Assembly: GCA_016869935.1 (NCBI GenBank)
Contig: VGCX01000001.1
Location: forward strand, 1-58,727
Source of the DNA: Alphaproteobacteria bacterium
GTDB taxonomy: Bacteria > Pseudomonadota > Alphaproteobacteria > UBA7879 > VGCX01
DNA length: 58,727 nucleotides
Direction: 5' to 3'
Part shown: piece after piece, positions 1-9,276 of the stretch
Layout: each line of letters starts with the position of its first letter
How positions within the stretch are numbered: position 1 is the first letter of the stretch
The notes under the pieces: model-generated
Databases searched by the model: none
The model's input: the letters and a program-made list of their open reading frames with translations, nothing else
What the model was told of the DNA's origin: nothing
Made by a program: the position numbers and the translations under genes

Positions 1-1047
1 TGGGAGAATCGCATCAATCAAGGAACGGAAAGGGATATATTCTCCAAACGGAAGCAATCGATGTTTGCCATACACCTCAGTCAGTTGAAGCGTATCATCG
101 AAAACTAGGGTTGCATTATAGGCTTTATAACCGAACGCCTCTCTTTCATAAAAAAAGCCATTCGTTATTAAAACACCGTCCGCGGGAATAGATCTTCTGA
201 CAAAATCAGCCATCCAAGGATATACTTGAAGGGCAAGAGGAAGGGAAAATTCTGGCCAAATAACCGCCTGCAATTTATGCATGCAGGGCTTATTTGACAG
301 TTGAACAAACTTTTCAAGTTGTCCTGCCATTTTTTCCTGGGTCCACTGAAATTCTTGCGGAGAATTTGGCTGCACCAAACGGATGGTCTTTGAGGGGGCT
401 TGGGTAGGGATTTGAAGACGATAAGTGCCATAAATCCATGTTCCTCCAATCGTTATCAGGACAACTATTCCATAAAGTTTCTTTTGAACCACCGAATAAA
501 TAGGGCTTAAAAAAATACAGGGAAATATACCCCAAAGAACTGTACAAAAGCTTAATCCATAGGGCCCAATCAAAGAGGCAATTTGGGCAATTGGAAGAAA
601 TGTTGTCCAAATAGTCCCAAGAGATGCCCAAGGGAATCCTGTTAAAAACTCCGCCCGAATAATCTCAAGAACTGTCCAAAGGATGGCAAAATAAAGAGGA
701 CGAATCTTTCTAGATTTATGCCAAGGAAAGACCCAAAAAATAAGGGCATAGTAAAAACCAAAAAAAACAGGAAGCCCTAAAAGGGCAAAAGGGATTAAAT
801 AATAATAAAGACCCCAATTTACATGCAAAGAAAAAACAATCCAATGAAGGGAGATCAAAAAATACCCAAATCCAAAACACCCCATCCAAAGAGGAACCTT
901 TTTTGAAAAAAGGGGATGATCAAGGATATAAAAAAGACCAGAGAGCCCTATAAAAGAAAAAAGTTGTAAGCCTGGAACTGGGATTGTACTGAGTCCAGTC
1001 ATGCTTCCCAAAAAAATCATTAAGAAAAAAAATGAACGCGTACTCAT
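1..1047 (-). CDS. lnt: Apolipoprotein N-acyltransferase (Lnt), N-terminal ~349 codons; ORF runs off the window at position 1
   Basis: My own minus-strand translation from ATG at 1047 stays open to the window edge. It is absent from the ORF track because it has no stop in the window. It has a multi-TM N-terminus (MSTRSFFFLMIFLG...), then LTGFPWASLG, IRLVQPN, AVIWPE and HRLLPFGEYIP motifs typical of Lnt/CN-hydrolase. It also sits in the conserved position after corC. Confidence 0.8.
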   Translation of the reverse strand, partial: MSTRSFFFLMIFLGSMTGLSTIPVPGLQLFSFIGLSGLFYILDHPLFSKKVPLWMGCFGFGYFLISLHWIVFSLHVNWGLYYYLIPFALLGLPVFFGFYYALIFWVFPWHKSRKIRPLYFAILWTVLEIIRAEFLTGFPWASLGTIWTTFLPIAQIASLIGPYGLSFCTVLWGIFPCIFLSPIYSVVQKKLYGIVVLITIGGTWIYGTYRLQIPTQAPSKTIRLVQPNSPQEFQWTQEKMAGQLEKFVQLSNKPCMHKLQAVIWPEFSLPLALQVYPWMADFVRRSIPADGVLITNGFFYEREAFGYKAYNATLVFDDTLQLTEVYGKHRLLPFGEYIPFRSLIDAILP

Positions 1048-1053
1048 AAGAGT

Positions 1054-1869
1054 TTACATTTTAGGCTTACTTAAAACGCCAAGGTTGTAAATGCGCATTT
1101 TTCGAATGCCTCGACTATGAACTTCCTTAATCTCAAACGTAACGCCCGTTGGATGTCGAATCACTTCTCCACGATTCGGAATCCGTCCCGTTAGCAAAAG
1201 AACAAGACCAGCCAATGTTTCTGGATCACTTTCTTTTTCTTTATCCGTCAAAAGTTGACCGAAATTCTTTTCAAATTCAGCAACCGAAAAACGCCCATCT
1301 ACCATTAAACTTCGACTCGGCGCATCATAGGTATAAAGCGCAGACTTAAGCTCACCTTCAGGATTTAGATATTCAACAAGCTTTTCAATAAGCGTATCGG
1401 CTGTGACAAGACCATCAACACCTCCAAACTCATCTAGAACAATGGCGATATATTTTTTGTCCTGTCGCATCTGAGACAATAAATCCAAACAAGACATAGT
1501 AGGGGAAATAAAAAGGGGCTTTTCGATATATTTCTTTAAGTTAGCATTAGTGGTTCCGCGCATAATAATATCTTTGATGTGAACCATGCCTAACACGTTA
1601 TCTAGGGTTTGATGACATAAAGGGTAGCGTGTATGGGAAAAATCTTTAAGGTGCGCTATTACTTTTTCAAGGGGCATCGCCGCGTTAATCCACGTAATAT
1701 CACTCCGAGGCACCATAATATCATGAGCCATCAGCTGATTAAGACCCATCAAATTTTTTACAACGTGTTCTTTCTCTGCTGATAGTTTTAAAGCTTCTTG
1801 ATCAGTCGCTGCCTCTGCAAGGTGTTGTATTTTGTTTCTGGGAAGAATTTTTAAAATTTTTTTTAACAT
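1054..1869 (-). CDS. corC: CorC/TlyC-family protein (CBS pair + CorC_HlyC transporter-associated domain)
   Basis: 271-aa ORF with a CBS-pair region (HDIMVPRSDI...) and a CorC/HlyC C-terminal domain. Part of the ybeY-corC-lnt synteny. Confidence 0.85.
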   Translation of the reverse strand: MLKKILKILPRNKIQHLAEAATDQEALKLSAEKEHVVKNLMGLNQLMAHDIMVPRSDITWINAAMPLEKVIAHLKDFSHTRYPLCHQTLDNVLGMVHIKDIIMRGTTNANLKKYIEKPLFISPTMSCLDLLSQMRQDKKYIAIVLDEFGGVDGLVTADTLIEKLVEYLNPEGELKSALYTYDAPSRSLMVDGRFSVAEFEKNFGQLLTDKEKESDPETLAGLVLLLTGRIPNRGEVIRHPTGVTFEIKEVHSRGIRKMRIYNLGVLSKPKM

Positions 1870-1872
1870 ATT

Positions 1873-2352
1873 TTACTCATAAGGATTCGAAATACTAAGA
1901 CTGTCTAAAATTTTGATTTCCAATCTTTCCATTTCTATTGCATCTTCCGTTGATAGATGGTCATACCCTAATAAATGCAAAAATCCATGAATAACCATAT
2001 GAAGAGTGTGCGACAAAAAATCTTTTTGCTGGTCAACTGCATCTTTTGCAATAATTTCATAGGACAGAATAATATCGCCTAAGTTTAAATTTTCAAGGAC
2101 TACTCTTTCCTCTTTTTTTAAAACCTCTTGAGGAAAGCTCAGTACATCTGTTGGTTTATCTTTACCTCGGTACTCTAGATTTAAAGGATGAACAAAGTCG
2201 TTGTCTGCTAAAACTACCGTCAATTCAAAGGATCCTTTTAAGTTTAAAATACTTGCTGCTTTATGAAGCGCAAGCTCTAAAGATTTTTTTGAAACCCTAT
2301 GCCCCCACCTCTTAGAGTGCCGATAAAGATCAAGAGTAAAATTAAGGTTCAT
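1873..2352 (-). CDS. ybeY: Endoribonuclease YbeY
   Basis: 159 aa with the diagnostic zinc motif HGFLHLLGYDH. Confidence 0.9.
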   Translation of the reverse strand: MNLNFTLDLYRHSKRWGHRVSKKSLELALHKAASILNLKGSFELTVVLADNDFVHPLNLEYRGKDKPTDVLSFPQEVLKKEERVVLENLNLGDIILSYEIIAKDAVDQQKDFLSHTLHMVIHGFLHLLGYDHLSTEDAIEMERLEIKILDSLSISNPYE

Positions 2353-3298
2353 AGGCCTTCACAATCTTTGAAACCAGGGGGTGTCGAACGACATCATCTG
2401 ATCCAAACTCTACAAAAGCAATTGATGGTATATTTTTGAAGCGTTTTTGCGCATCCACAAGACCTGATTCTTGTTGAGACGGTAAATCAATTTGCGTTAC
2501 ATCCCCTGTAACAACCATTCTGGAACCTTCTCCAAGACGCGTTAAGAACATCTTCATTTGAAGAGGAGTCGTATTTTGAGCCTCATCCAAAATAACGTAT
2601 GCATGAGATAAAGTTCTCCCCCTCATAAAAGCGAGAGGGGCAATTTCAATGGTTCCACTACTAATCAATTTTTCGACCTGCGTACGTGGAAACATTTCAT
2701 AGAGCGCATCATAAATAGGCCTTAAATAAGGATCGACTTTTTCCTTTAAATCCCCTGGCAAGAAACCAAGGCGCTCCCCCGCTTCGATTGCAGGACGCGA
2801 TAAAATAAGTCGCTCTACTTTCCCTGACATTAAAAGGGAGGCACCCATCGCAACGGCGAGATAGGTTTTACCTGTTCCTGCAGGCCCAATACCAAAAACA
2901 AGCTCATTATTTTCCATGGCCTCTATAAACGTTTCCTGAGACGGAGACCTTGGCAAAATGGATTTATTGGTTGATTTTAGATATATCTTCATACTTCCCT
3001 CCTCTTGAACTTTAGGATGCATCCGAACACTGCCTTCTACATCATTATGATCTATCGAATCCCCTTGCTTAAGTCTTTTTTCAAGATGCATTAAAATTGT
3101 TTTAACTTTTTCAACAGCGTGTTCTTCGCCTTGAATTAAAAGCACATTACCTCTGGAATAAATTTTAACACGCAAGTGATTTTCAAGACGTTTCAAATAA
3201 GAATTCTGGACTCCAACAATCTGCTGAAGGATATGATTGTCAGAAAAAACCAATGATATTTTTGATATGGACTGTGTACTCATCCCCCTAAAAAGCAT
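2342..3298 (-). CDS. phoH: PhoH-like ATPase (YbeZ)
   Basis: 318 aa with Walker A GPAGTGKT and a PhoH-family C-terminal core. Its ends overlap ybeY and miaB. Confidence 0.9.
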   Translation of the reverse strand: MLFRGMSTQSISKISLVFSDNHILQQIVGVQNSYLKRLENHLRVKIYSRGNVLLIQGEEHAVEKVKTILMHLEKRLKQGDSIDHNDVEGSVRMHPKVQEEGSMKIYLKSTNKSILPRSPSQETFIEAMENNELVFGIGPAGTGKTYLAVAMGASLLMSGKVERLILSRPAIEAGERLGFLPGDLKEKVDPYLRPIYDALYEMFPRTQVEKLISSGTIEIAPLAFMRGRTLSHAYVILDEAQNTTPLQMKMFLTRLGEGSRMVVTGDVTQIDLPSQQESGLVDAQKRFKNIPSIAFVEFGSDDVVRHPLVSKIVKAYEP

Positions 3299-4725
3299 TG
3301 CTCAGCAATGATTTCTCCCTGTAAGCTCGTTTCAAAGGCATCCGTAATAGAAACCCAACGAATCTTTCCTAATATATCATCATTCGATAGAACGTGTACA
3401 GATTGCATATAAGGGCTTTTTCCCAAAAATTGCCCCGGCTTTTTTCCATAACGTTCAAAAAGAACAGGAATTGTACGACCGATAAAACTTTTATTATAGG
3501 CAAGCTGTTGGGCAAACAATAAAGATTGTAGTCGATAGAGCCGTTCCTTTTTAACGGCTTCGGGTATTTGGTCTTCCAAGGCAGCAGCCGGCGTCCCAAG
3601 GCGGGGACTATAAGAAAAACTATATGCTTGACCATAAGATACCCGCTCTACAAGGCCGATTGTTTGTTCAAAGTCTTTATCTGTTTCACCAGGAAATCCT
3701 ACAATGAAGTCTGATGAAAAGCCTATATCAGGGTTTGCATCCCTTAAACGATGAATAATATCTTCATAAAAAGAAACCGTGTGTTTGCGGTTCATCAATT
3801 TTAGAACTCGATCGGACCCTGATTGCACGGGCAAGTGTAAAAAAGGCATAAGTTTTTCACAGGCTCCATGCGCTTGAATCAGTGCCTCGTCCATATCTTT
3901 GGGATGGGACGTAGTATACCGAATGCGCTTTAGGCCATCCAAATTTGCAAGCTCCAAACAAAGGGCCGCCAATCCCCATTCGCCGGATCCTGTGGGCGAC
4001 GTTCCATGGTAAGCATTCACGTTCTGCCCCAAAAGCGTAATTTCCTGAGCGCCCGCTTCTATATAGCGCTTCGCTTCCTCTAAAATATCAAAAACAGGGC
4101 GCGAATATTCTGCTCCACGCGTATAAGGGACACAGCAAAACGTGCAAAATTTATCACATCCTTCTTGAATTGTTAAAAAAGCCGAAAAGCGTTTGTTATC
4201 AGAAACCTGTGGCAGATGATCAAATTTTGACTCTACTGGGAAATCTGCATAAACGATTGGATCTTTCTTAAGCTCTTTTAATTTTTTCTGGTCATGGGCA
4301 TTTTCTTGACGGGCATGAAAGGCGCGTTTCGCCCGTTCAATCATTTCAGGCAATTGATGATAAGATTGGGGCCCAAGAACAATATCCACATAGGGAGCCC
4401 GCTTAACAATTTCGCCCCCCTCTGCTTGCCCGACACACCCAGCGACAGCCAAAATAAACGGTTTACCATCCTCTTCGCGTAGCTTTTTTATCGGCTTATA
4501 ACGACCCAGCTCGCAGTAAACTTTCTCTGTTGCCTTTTCCCGAATGTGACAGGTATTCATGATAATCATGTCTGACGCATCCGGATTATCTGTTAGCTCA
4601 TACCCATGGGGCTTTAAAATATCAGCCATCCGTTCAGAATCATACACATTCATCTGACAGCCATAGGTTTTAATATAAAGCTTTTTTAAGGCTTTTTCTG
4701 AAGAAGCACTAAGAGTTATCATCAA
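3280..4725 (-). CDS. miaB: tRNA-2-methylthio-N6-dimethylallyladenosine synthase MiaB
   Basis: 481 aa with an N-terminal YIKTYGCQMN motif, the radical-SAM cluster CDKFCTFCCVPYTRG and a TRAM-like C-terminus. Confidence 0.92.
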   Translation of the reverse strand: MMITLSASSEKALKKLYIKTYGCQMNVYDSERMADILKPHGYELTDNPDASDMIIMNTCHIREKATEKVYCELGRYKPIKKLREEDGKPFILAVAGCVGQAEGGEIVKRAPYVDIVLGPQSYHQLPEMIERAKRAFHARQENAHDQKKLKELKKDPIVYADFPVESKFDHLPQVSDNKRFSAFLTIQEGCDKFCTFCCVPYTRGAEYSRPVFDILEEAKRYIEAGAQEITLLGQNVNAYHGTSPTGSGEWGLAALCLELANLDGLKRIRYTTSHPKDMDEALIQAHGACEKLMPFLHLPVQSGSDRVLKLMNRKHTVSFYEDIIHRLRDANPDIGFSSDFIVGFPGETDKDFEQTIGLVERVSYGQAYSFSYSPRLGTPAAALEDQIPEAVKKERLYRLQSLLFAQQLAYNKSFIGRTIPVLFERYGKKPGQFLGKSPYMQSVHVLSNDDILGKIRWVSITDAFETSLQGEIIAEQCFLGG

Positions 4726-4728
4726 TAT

Positions 4729-5181
4729 TTAACGTTTTGCCGTTTTCTTGGGCGCTGAGTAGCGACCAATGTTGCCGAATAGTTCAGATACAAGACTAGG
4801 GTCCCGCCCCTTAACAGGGGTTGCTTCCGATTTAATATCTACTTCATGATGATCTTTTAGATCCTTAATTTCATAGGATTCAACAGTACCATTGGTGCCA
4901 AAGGTTACAATTAAAACAATCCGTTCCGTAATCTTAGGGTCAAAGAAAGATTTCGTTTCAACCTTATCACCAATATAATACCAGGCATCTTGACCAAACA
5001 GTTCTTGGCTTGTTGGAGGGCCAAAAAGATTTTCCATTTCTGCCTTTGTGGTTTTATTAAGTTCGATCTTTTTAATCACATCCATATCAAGAAAGTTTCC
5101 ACGAACATGCTGCACAGGCGTGCATCCTGAAATCGCAATAACCAAGCCAATCAAAGCAAAAAACTTTCCGTACATTGTCAT
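4729..5181 (-). CDS. bamE: Outer membrane assembly lipoprotein BamE (SmpA/OmlA family)
   Basis: Lipobox IAISGC and an SmpA/OmlA-like KAEMENLFGPPT...DAWYY motif. An AAGGAG RBS lies 4 nt upstream of ATG 5181. The ORF-track start at 5253 has no RBS. Confidence 0.75.
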   Translation of the reverse strand: MTMYGKFFALIGLVIAISGCTPVQHVRGNFLDMDVIKKIELNKTTKAEMENLFGPPTSQELFGQDAWYYIGDKVETKSFFDPKITERIVLIVTFGTNGTVESYEIKDLKDHHEVDIKSEATPVKGRDPSLVSELFGNIGRYSAPKKTAKR

Positions 5182-5204
5182 AATGCTCCTTAACAATTTT
5201 ATAG

Positions 5205-6692
5205 ATGATAAAGTTACATAGAGTCCTAGATGTGTCAATCTCTGATGTTGCACTTCCCCCTTCTCTCCCGTATGGTAGAGGAAGAAAAATTAAAGGATCA
5301 TTTTTGTTATTTATTATCGCAATTCTATTCCCAGCCTTGTCTTTTGCAAGCGACTTTCCAGGGGAAACTCTTAGCCTCTGGTGGACAGCGCCTTTTGGAT
5401 TGATTTTATTATCCCTTGCAACAGGTCCTCTTTTGTTTGCCAATTTTTGGCATCACCATTATGGGAAAATTATTTTTGGATTAACGACAGCTTTTTTGAT
5501 TCCTGGCATTCATGCTTTTGGGTTCCCTCTAACAATGCATCAGGTTTTAGATCACCTGCTTTTAAACTACATTCCTTTTGTTGTTTTAATCGCAGCCCTT
5601 TTTGTTGTAACGGGCAGTATTCGACTAAAAGCCCATTGGTTAGGAACACCCCAACATAATACGCTTATTCTTGCTTTAGGCGCCCTTTCTGCAAGCCTTA
5701 TTGGAACAACAGGGGCAAGCATGCTTTTGATCCGCCCCTTAATCCGAGCCAATGGCTGGCGTGACCAGAAAAAACATATCTTTATTTTCTTTATCTTTCT
5801 TGTGTCGAACGTGGGCGGCTGTTTAACCCCTCTTGGGGACCCGCCGCTTTTTCTTGGCTTTTTAGAAGGCGTCCCTTTTTCTTGGACGTTTGTCCATTTA
5901 TATCAACCATTTTTGGTAACAACTTTCCTTTTGCTTGGTCTTTTTTACACCATTGACCATTATTTTTACAAAAAAGAAGGGCAATCATCCCCCTTCACAC
6001 ACGATGGCAGAGAACACGGTATTATTGCCTGCGAGGGCCGGAGAAATTTTCTCTTACTAGCGGGAATTGTAGGCGCTGTATTTTTAAGTGGAAGCTGGAA
6101 GCCAGGGATCGTTTTTGACATCTTCGGCATTCCTTTAAAACTTGAAGATCTAACAAGAGACGGTCTTTTGATCTTAATCATTTTCCTTTGTCTTTATTGG
6201 ACAAAACCCATTGTTCGACTTGAAAACCATTTTTCATGGGCTCCCTTGATAGAGGTTGCAAAAATTTTCCTTGGTATTTTTATCACCATTATCCCTGCCC
6301 TTAGCATTCTAAAGTCTGGGACTTCTGGACCGCTTGCCTCGTTTGTTTCTCTGGCAATGCAGGATGGAATCCCTTATGACCCTGCTTATTTTTGGCTCTC
6401 TGGATTTTTTTCCAGCTTTTTAGATAATGCCCCAACGTACTTTGTTTTCTTCAACATGGCAGGGGGAGATGTTACAACGCTTACCACTACACTTTCTACA
6501 ACCCTACTCGCCATTTCTATGGGATCCGTCTTTATGGGTGCTGTCACCTATATTGGAAATGCCCCCAATTTTATGGTCAAATCAGTTGTTGAGGGTCATG
6601 GCATTCAAATGCCCACTTTCTTTGGCTATATGGCCTGGTCCTGCGCATGCTTACTGCCCATCTTTGGCCTTTTGACGTGGATGTTTTTCTAA
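5205..6692 (+). CDS. ArsB/NhaD-superfamily permease (putative sodium:proton antiporter)
   Basis: 495-aa polytopic membrane ORF with a GDPPLFLGFLEG motif seen in this permease family. The true start is probably downstream of 5205, since there is no RBS there and a signal-like FLLFIIAILFPALSFA follows. Confidence 0.6.
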   Translation: MIKLHRVLDVSISDVALPPSLPYGRGRKIKGSFLLFIIAILFPALSFASDFPGETLSLWWTAPFGLILLSLATGPLLFANFWHHHYGKIIFGLTTAFLIPGIHAFGFPLTMHQVLDHLLLNYIPFVVLIAALFVVTGSIRLKAHWLGTPQHNTLILALGALSASLIGTTGASMLLIRPLIRANGWRDQKKHIFIFFIFLVSNVGGCLTPLGDPPLFLGFLEGVPFSWTFVHLYQPFLVTTFLLLGLFYTIDHYFYKKEGQSSPFTHDGREHGIIACEGRRNFLLLAGIVGAVFLSGSWKPGIVFDIFGIPLKLEDLTRDGLLILIIFLCLYWTKPIVRLENHFSWAPLIEVAKIFLGIFITIIPALSILKSGTSGPLASFVSLAMQDGIPYDPAYFWLSGFFSSFLDNAPTYFVFFNMAGGDVTTLTTTLSTTLLAISMGSVFMGAVTYIGNAPNFMVKSVVEGHGIQMPTFFGYMAWSCACLLPIFGLLTWMFF

Positions 6693-6879
6693 CTTTATTC
6701 AGAAATTGCCTCTGAAGACTTCAGAGGATGTCGCAAAAAATTTTTCATAAATTTTCCTTTACTATAGATCGTGATAAAGAACTGTCGGTTTACTGATAAC
6801 TTCACTAATTAACACATGGATAAGCTTTACATGCTGAAAATACAAGAGTATCCAGGAGAAATTTAAAAGGAGTTATATT

Positions 6880-6990
6880 ATGATGAAAAGATTAAAAATA
6901 TTATCGGTTTGTTCATTCCTCGGGGTATGCAACAGCGGTTTTGGAGCGACATATGGTGATGATATCTCGGGGGGGGTGCTGCAAGATTAA
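6880..6990 (+). pseudogene. Detached signal-peptide ORF (36 codons) belonging to the downstream lysozyme; frames differ across a G8 tract
   Basis: AAGGAG RBS at 6867-6872, 7 nt before ATG 6880. The translation is MMKRLKILSVCSFLGVCNSGFGATYGDDISGGVLQD*. The lysozyme frame is open from 6963. Confidence 0.6.
6969..6976 (+). repeat. G8 homopolymer tract at the frame junction of the signal peptide and lysozyme domain
   Basis: Read directly: tc-gggggggg-tgct. One extra G, or two fewer, puts both parts in frame. Confidence 0.9.
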
Positions 6991-6992
6991 TT

Positions 6993-7529
6993 ATGCGTTT
7001 TGAAAATTTTAGTCCTATAATATATGCAGATATCACTGGCAATCCAACAATTGGTTATGGGCATCTTGTAACGGCGGGAGAGAATTACTATGGTGCTTTA
7101 AACCAAGATGATGCTTTAGGTCTTCTTGTGTCTGATATAGAAAGCAAAGCTAATATTATGCCCTATCTTGGAGTTAGTTTAGAAGAAAATCAACTAGACG
7201 CATTAACATCTCTTTGTTTTAATATAGGGATTGGAAATTTCATGCGTTCTACTCTTTTGCAAAAAATCAACATGGAAGATACGTATGGATCCTATGAATA
7301 TTTTGGTCATTGGAGAAATGCTAACGGGGTAGTTAGCACCGGTCTTATTAAAAGGCGATTTGCAGAGTTATTTGTTTTTGCAAACCAAGAACTGGACCCA
7401 TCAGATGATACAGCGCCAAGTATGCAATGGGGATTAGATCCTATGCCTATCACGGACGAAAACTGGCGAAGGATTGGTTATGATTTACGCAATGAAGCTG
7501 TTGCAATTTATCAAGATTATGTTAGTTAA
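6993..7529 (+). CDS. GH24 (phage T4/lambda-type) lysozyme catalytic domain
   Basis: RFENF...YADITGNPTIGYGH matches the GH24 E-x8-D-x5-T catalytic signature. The ATG-initiated ORF has no RBS and no export signal of its own. Confidence 0.8.
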   Translation: MRFENFSPIIYADITGNPTIGYGHLVTAGENYYGALNQDDALGLLVSDIESKANIMPYLGVSLEENQLDALTSLCFNIGIGNFMRSTLLQKINMEDTYGSYEYFGHWRNANGVVSTGLIKRRFAELFVFANQELDPSDDTAPSMQWGLDPMPITDENWRRIGYDLRNEAVAIYQDYVS

Positions 7530-7573
7530 TAATCCATAGTCAGTTCAGACCTTAGTAGTTTATAGGGATTTTC

Positions 7574-8485
7574 ATGAAGTTTGTTTGTGTCTTTTTTTCT
7601 TGCGCCATTCTTCTTAAAGAATGCTGTTTTGCAGATACCAAAACAATTCTGGAGCAAGAGGTTGTTCTTGAAGAAATTCTGGACAAATTATTAAAAAAGA
7701 AAAAAGATTCTCATATAGACTATCTAAGGTCTTTTAAAGAAATCCTTTTTGCCTATAGAAAAAAACATGTAGAAGGTGTTTTTGCGCAAGATAATCAGTG
7801 CCCTGGCACTATTGTTCGTGAAAGCTCATACTACACACAGTCTTGTATCATCAAAAAACAAACTAAAGACATAAGATTTCTGTCAGGTCATTCAATCCCT
7901 ACAGATGTCCGTATTTGGCTAGAGGATGCAGAACAAGATTTGTGGAAAGAGTTGGAACCCATTCTTTCTCATGAAGACTATCTTTCAAAAAGCATGACAT
8001 ATATCAAAAAAAAGCTGATGTTTGAAAAAGTCTTAGAGAGACGGCAAGAATTTTATTGGGATTCTTGTTATGATCTTGCAAGAAGAAATAAAATAAAATT
8101 TTCCAAAGAAGAAATATCTTTTTTAAAGGCGCTTGATGAACAAATTTCTGAAGCATTTTTAAAGGTCTTAAGCCTTTATAAAACAGCGCCTATTTCAATG
8201 CGATTGATATTGGAAGACCATAGTGTATGGCTATCTTACCGCTTATATCTTCTGTTGATTGGAGAGCATCTGGGTGTCGATGGCGACCTTCTAAAACTCC
8301 GCCTTATTTGTCTGGGGCTGGCCCGTTTGTATTTTTATAAAAGATTTTTTGCCTACTTTGATCCCGAAAAATCTGTCGAGCAATACGCTGTACTACCACC
8401 ACGTGAATATGCTGAAATATGCGAGTATGATTATACGCGCAAGCTAAAAGGACTGCCTTTGTCAGAACCTTGCTATCCTTCCTAA
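7574..8485 (+). CDS. Hypothetical secreted protein (303 aa)
   Basis: N-terminal signal-like MKFVCVFFSCAILLKECCFA on a helical, K/E-rich protein. I recognise no family. It lies directly downstream of the lysozyme. Confidence 0.45.
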   Translation: MKFVCVFFSCAILLKECCFADTKTILEQEVVLEEILDKLLKKKKDSHIDYLRSFKEILFAYRKKHVEGVFAQDNQCPGTIVRESSYYTQSCIIKKQTKDIRFLSGHSIPTDVRIWLEDAEQDLWKELEPILSHEDYLSKSMTYIKKKLMFEKVLERRQEFYWDSCYDLARRNKIKFSKEEISFLKALDEQISEAFLKVLSLYKTAPISMRLILEDHSVWLSYRLYLLLIGEHLGVDGDLLKLRLICLGLARLYFYKRFFAYFDPEKSVEQYAVLPPREYAEICEYDYTRKLKGLPLSEPCYPS

Positions 8486-8541
8486 CCCAACATCCCCCGC
8501 ACATGTTCTAGGTCATCAGGTGTATCAACACCAACCAGGTC

Positions 8542-8594
8542 GTTGTTTTAATTGCAGCCCTTTTTGTTGTAACAGGCAGTAGATGTTTTTCTAA
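8542..8594 (+). pseudogene. Relic of the 5205-6692 permease gene with a large internal deletion
   Basis: 8542-8581 matches 5580-5619 at 38/40 nt. It is followed directly by 8582-8594, which is identical to the permease 3' end 6680-6692 (gatgtttttctaa). Confidence 0.65.
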
Positions 8595-8675
8595 AAACAG
8601 CTCTATCCTTAGGCTTGAATCTTAAAAGTGAACCAGGTACATTACCCTAAATAATGATAAGAAGGAGTACCCCTT

Positions 8676-9272
8676 ATGAGTTTTCATCTTCCTAAGTTGC
8701 CTTATGAAAAAACAGCCCTGGAACCTTATATTTCCAGAGATACTTTAAACTTCCACTATGATAAACATCACCAAACTTACGTCACAAAACTAAATGAATT
8801 AGTAGAAGGAACAGGCTTTGCTGAAATGGAACTTGAAGATGTTATCCGAGAAACAGAAGGAAACAAAGACTTTATAGGGATTTTTAACAATGCTGCGCAA
8901 GTTTGGAACCATACTTTTTACTGGCACTGCATGAAAAAAGACGGGGGAGGCAAACCAACAGCCCCTCTTTTAAAGCGATTGGAAGAATCCTTCGATACTT
9001 ATGAAAATTTTTGCTTCCTGTTTAAGCAAGCGGCCCTAACGCAATTTGGCAGTGGATGGGCTTGGCTTGTTGAAGAAGCAGGTGCACTGAAAATCCTCAA
9101 AACACCGAACGCAGAAACACCCCTCACAAAAGATGTAAAAACCCTATTAACCTGTGACGTTTGGGAACACGCTTATTATTTAGATTATCAAAATCGACGC
9201 CCTGATTACGTAGATACATTCTTAAATCATCTTGTTAATTGGGATTTTGTTGAAAAGAATCTTCACTCATAA
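8676..9272 (+). CDS. sodB: Fe/Mn superoxide dismutase
   Basis: 198 aa with FHYDKHHQTYV and DVWEHAYYLDYQNRRPDY signatures. An AAGGAG RBS lies upstream. Confidence 0.93.
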   Translation: MSFHLPKLPYEKTALEPYISRDTLNFHYDKHHQTYVTKLNELVEGTGFAEMELEDVIRETEGNKDFIGIFNNAAQVWNHTFYWHCMKKDGGGKPTAPLLKRLEESFDTYENFCFLFKQAALTQFGSGWAWLVEEAGALKILKTPNAETPLTKDVKTLLTCDVWEHAYYLDYQNRRPDYVDTFLNHLVNWDFVEKNLHS

Positions 9273-9276
9273 CTTT

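Noticed and set aside
168-631. Two minus-strand ORFs from the ORF track (168-449, 314-631)
   Set aside because: Both are out of frame inside the edge-truncated lnt reading frame, which is open across the whole 1-1047 interval and carries Lnt motifs.
5087-5443. 118-aa minus-strand ORF spanning the bamE/permease divergent region
   Set aside because: It overlaps both better-supported genes out of frame and has no RBS or motifs.
6709-6727. Hairpin cctctgaag-a-cttcagagg after the permease gene as a rho-independent terminator
   Set aside because: The loop is too short as drawn and no U-tract follows (atgtcgc...). Support is not convincing enough to list it as a terminator.
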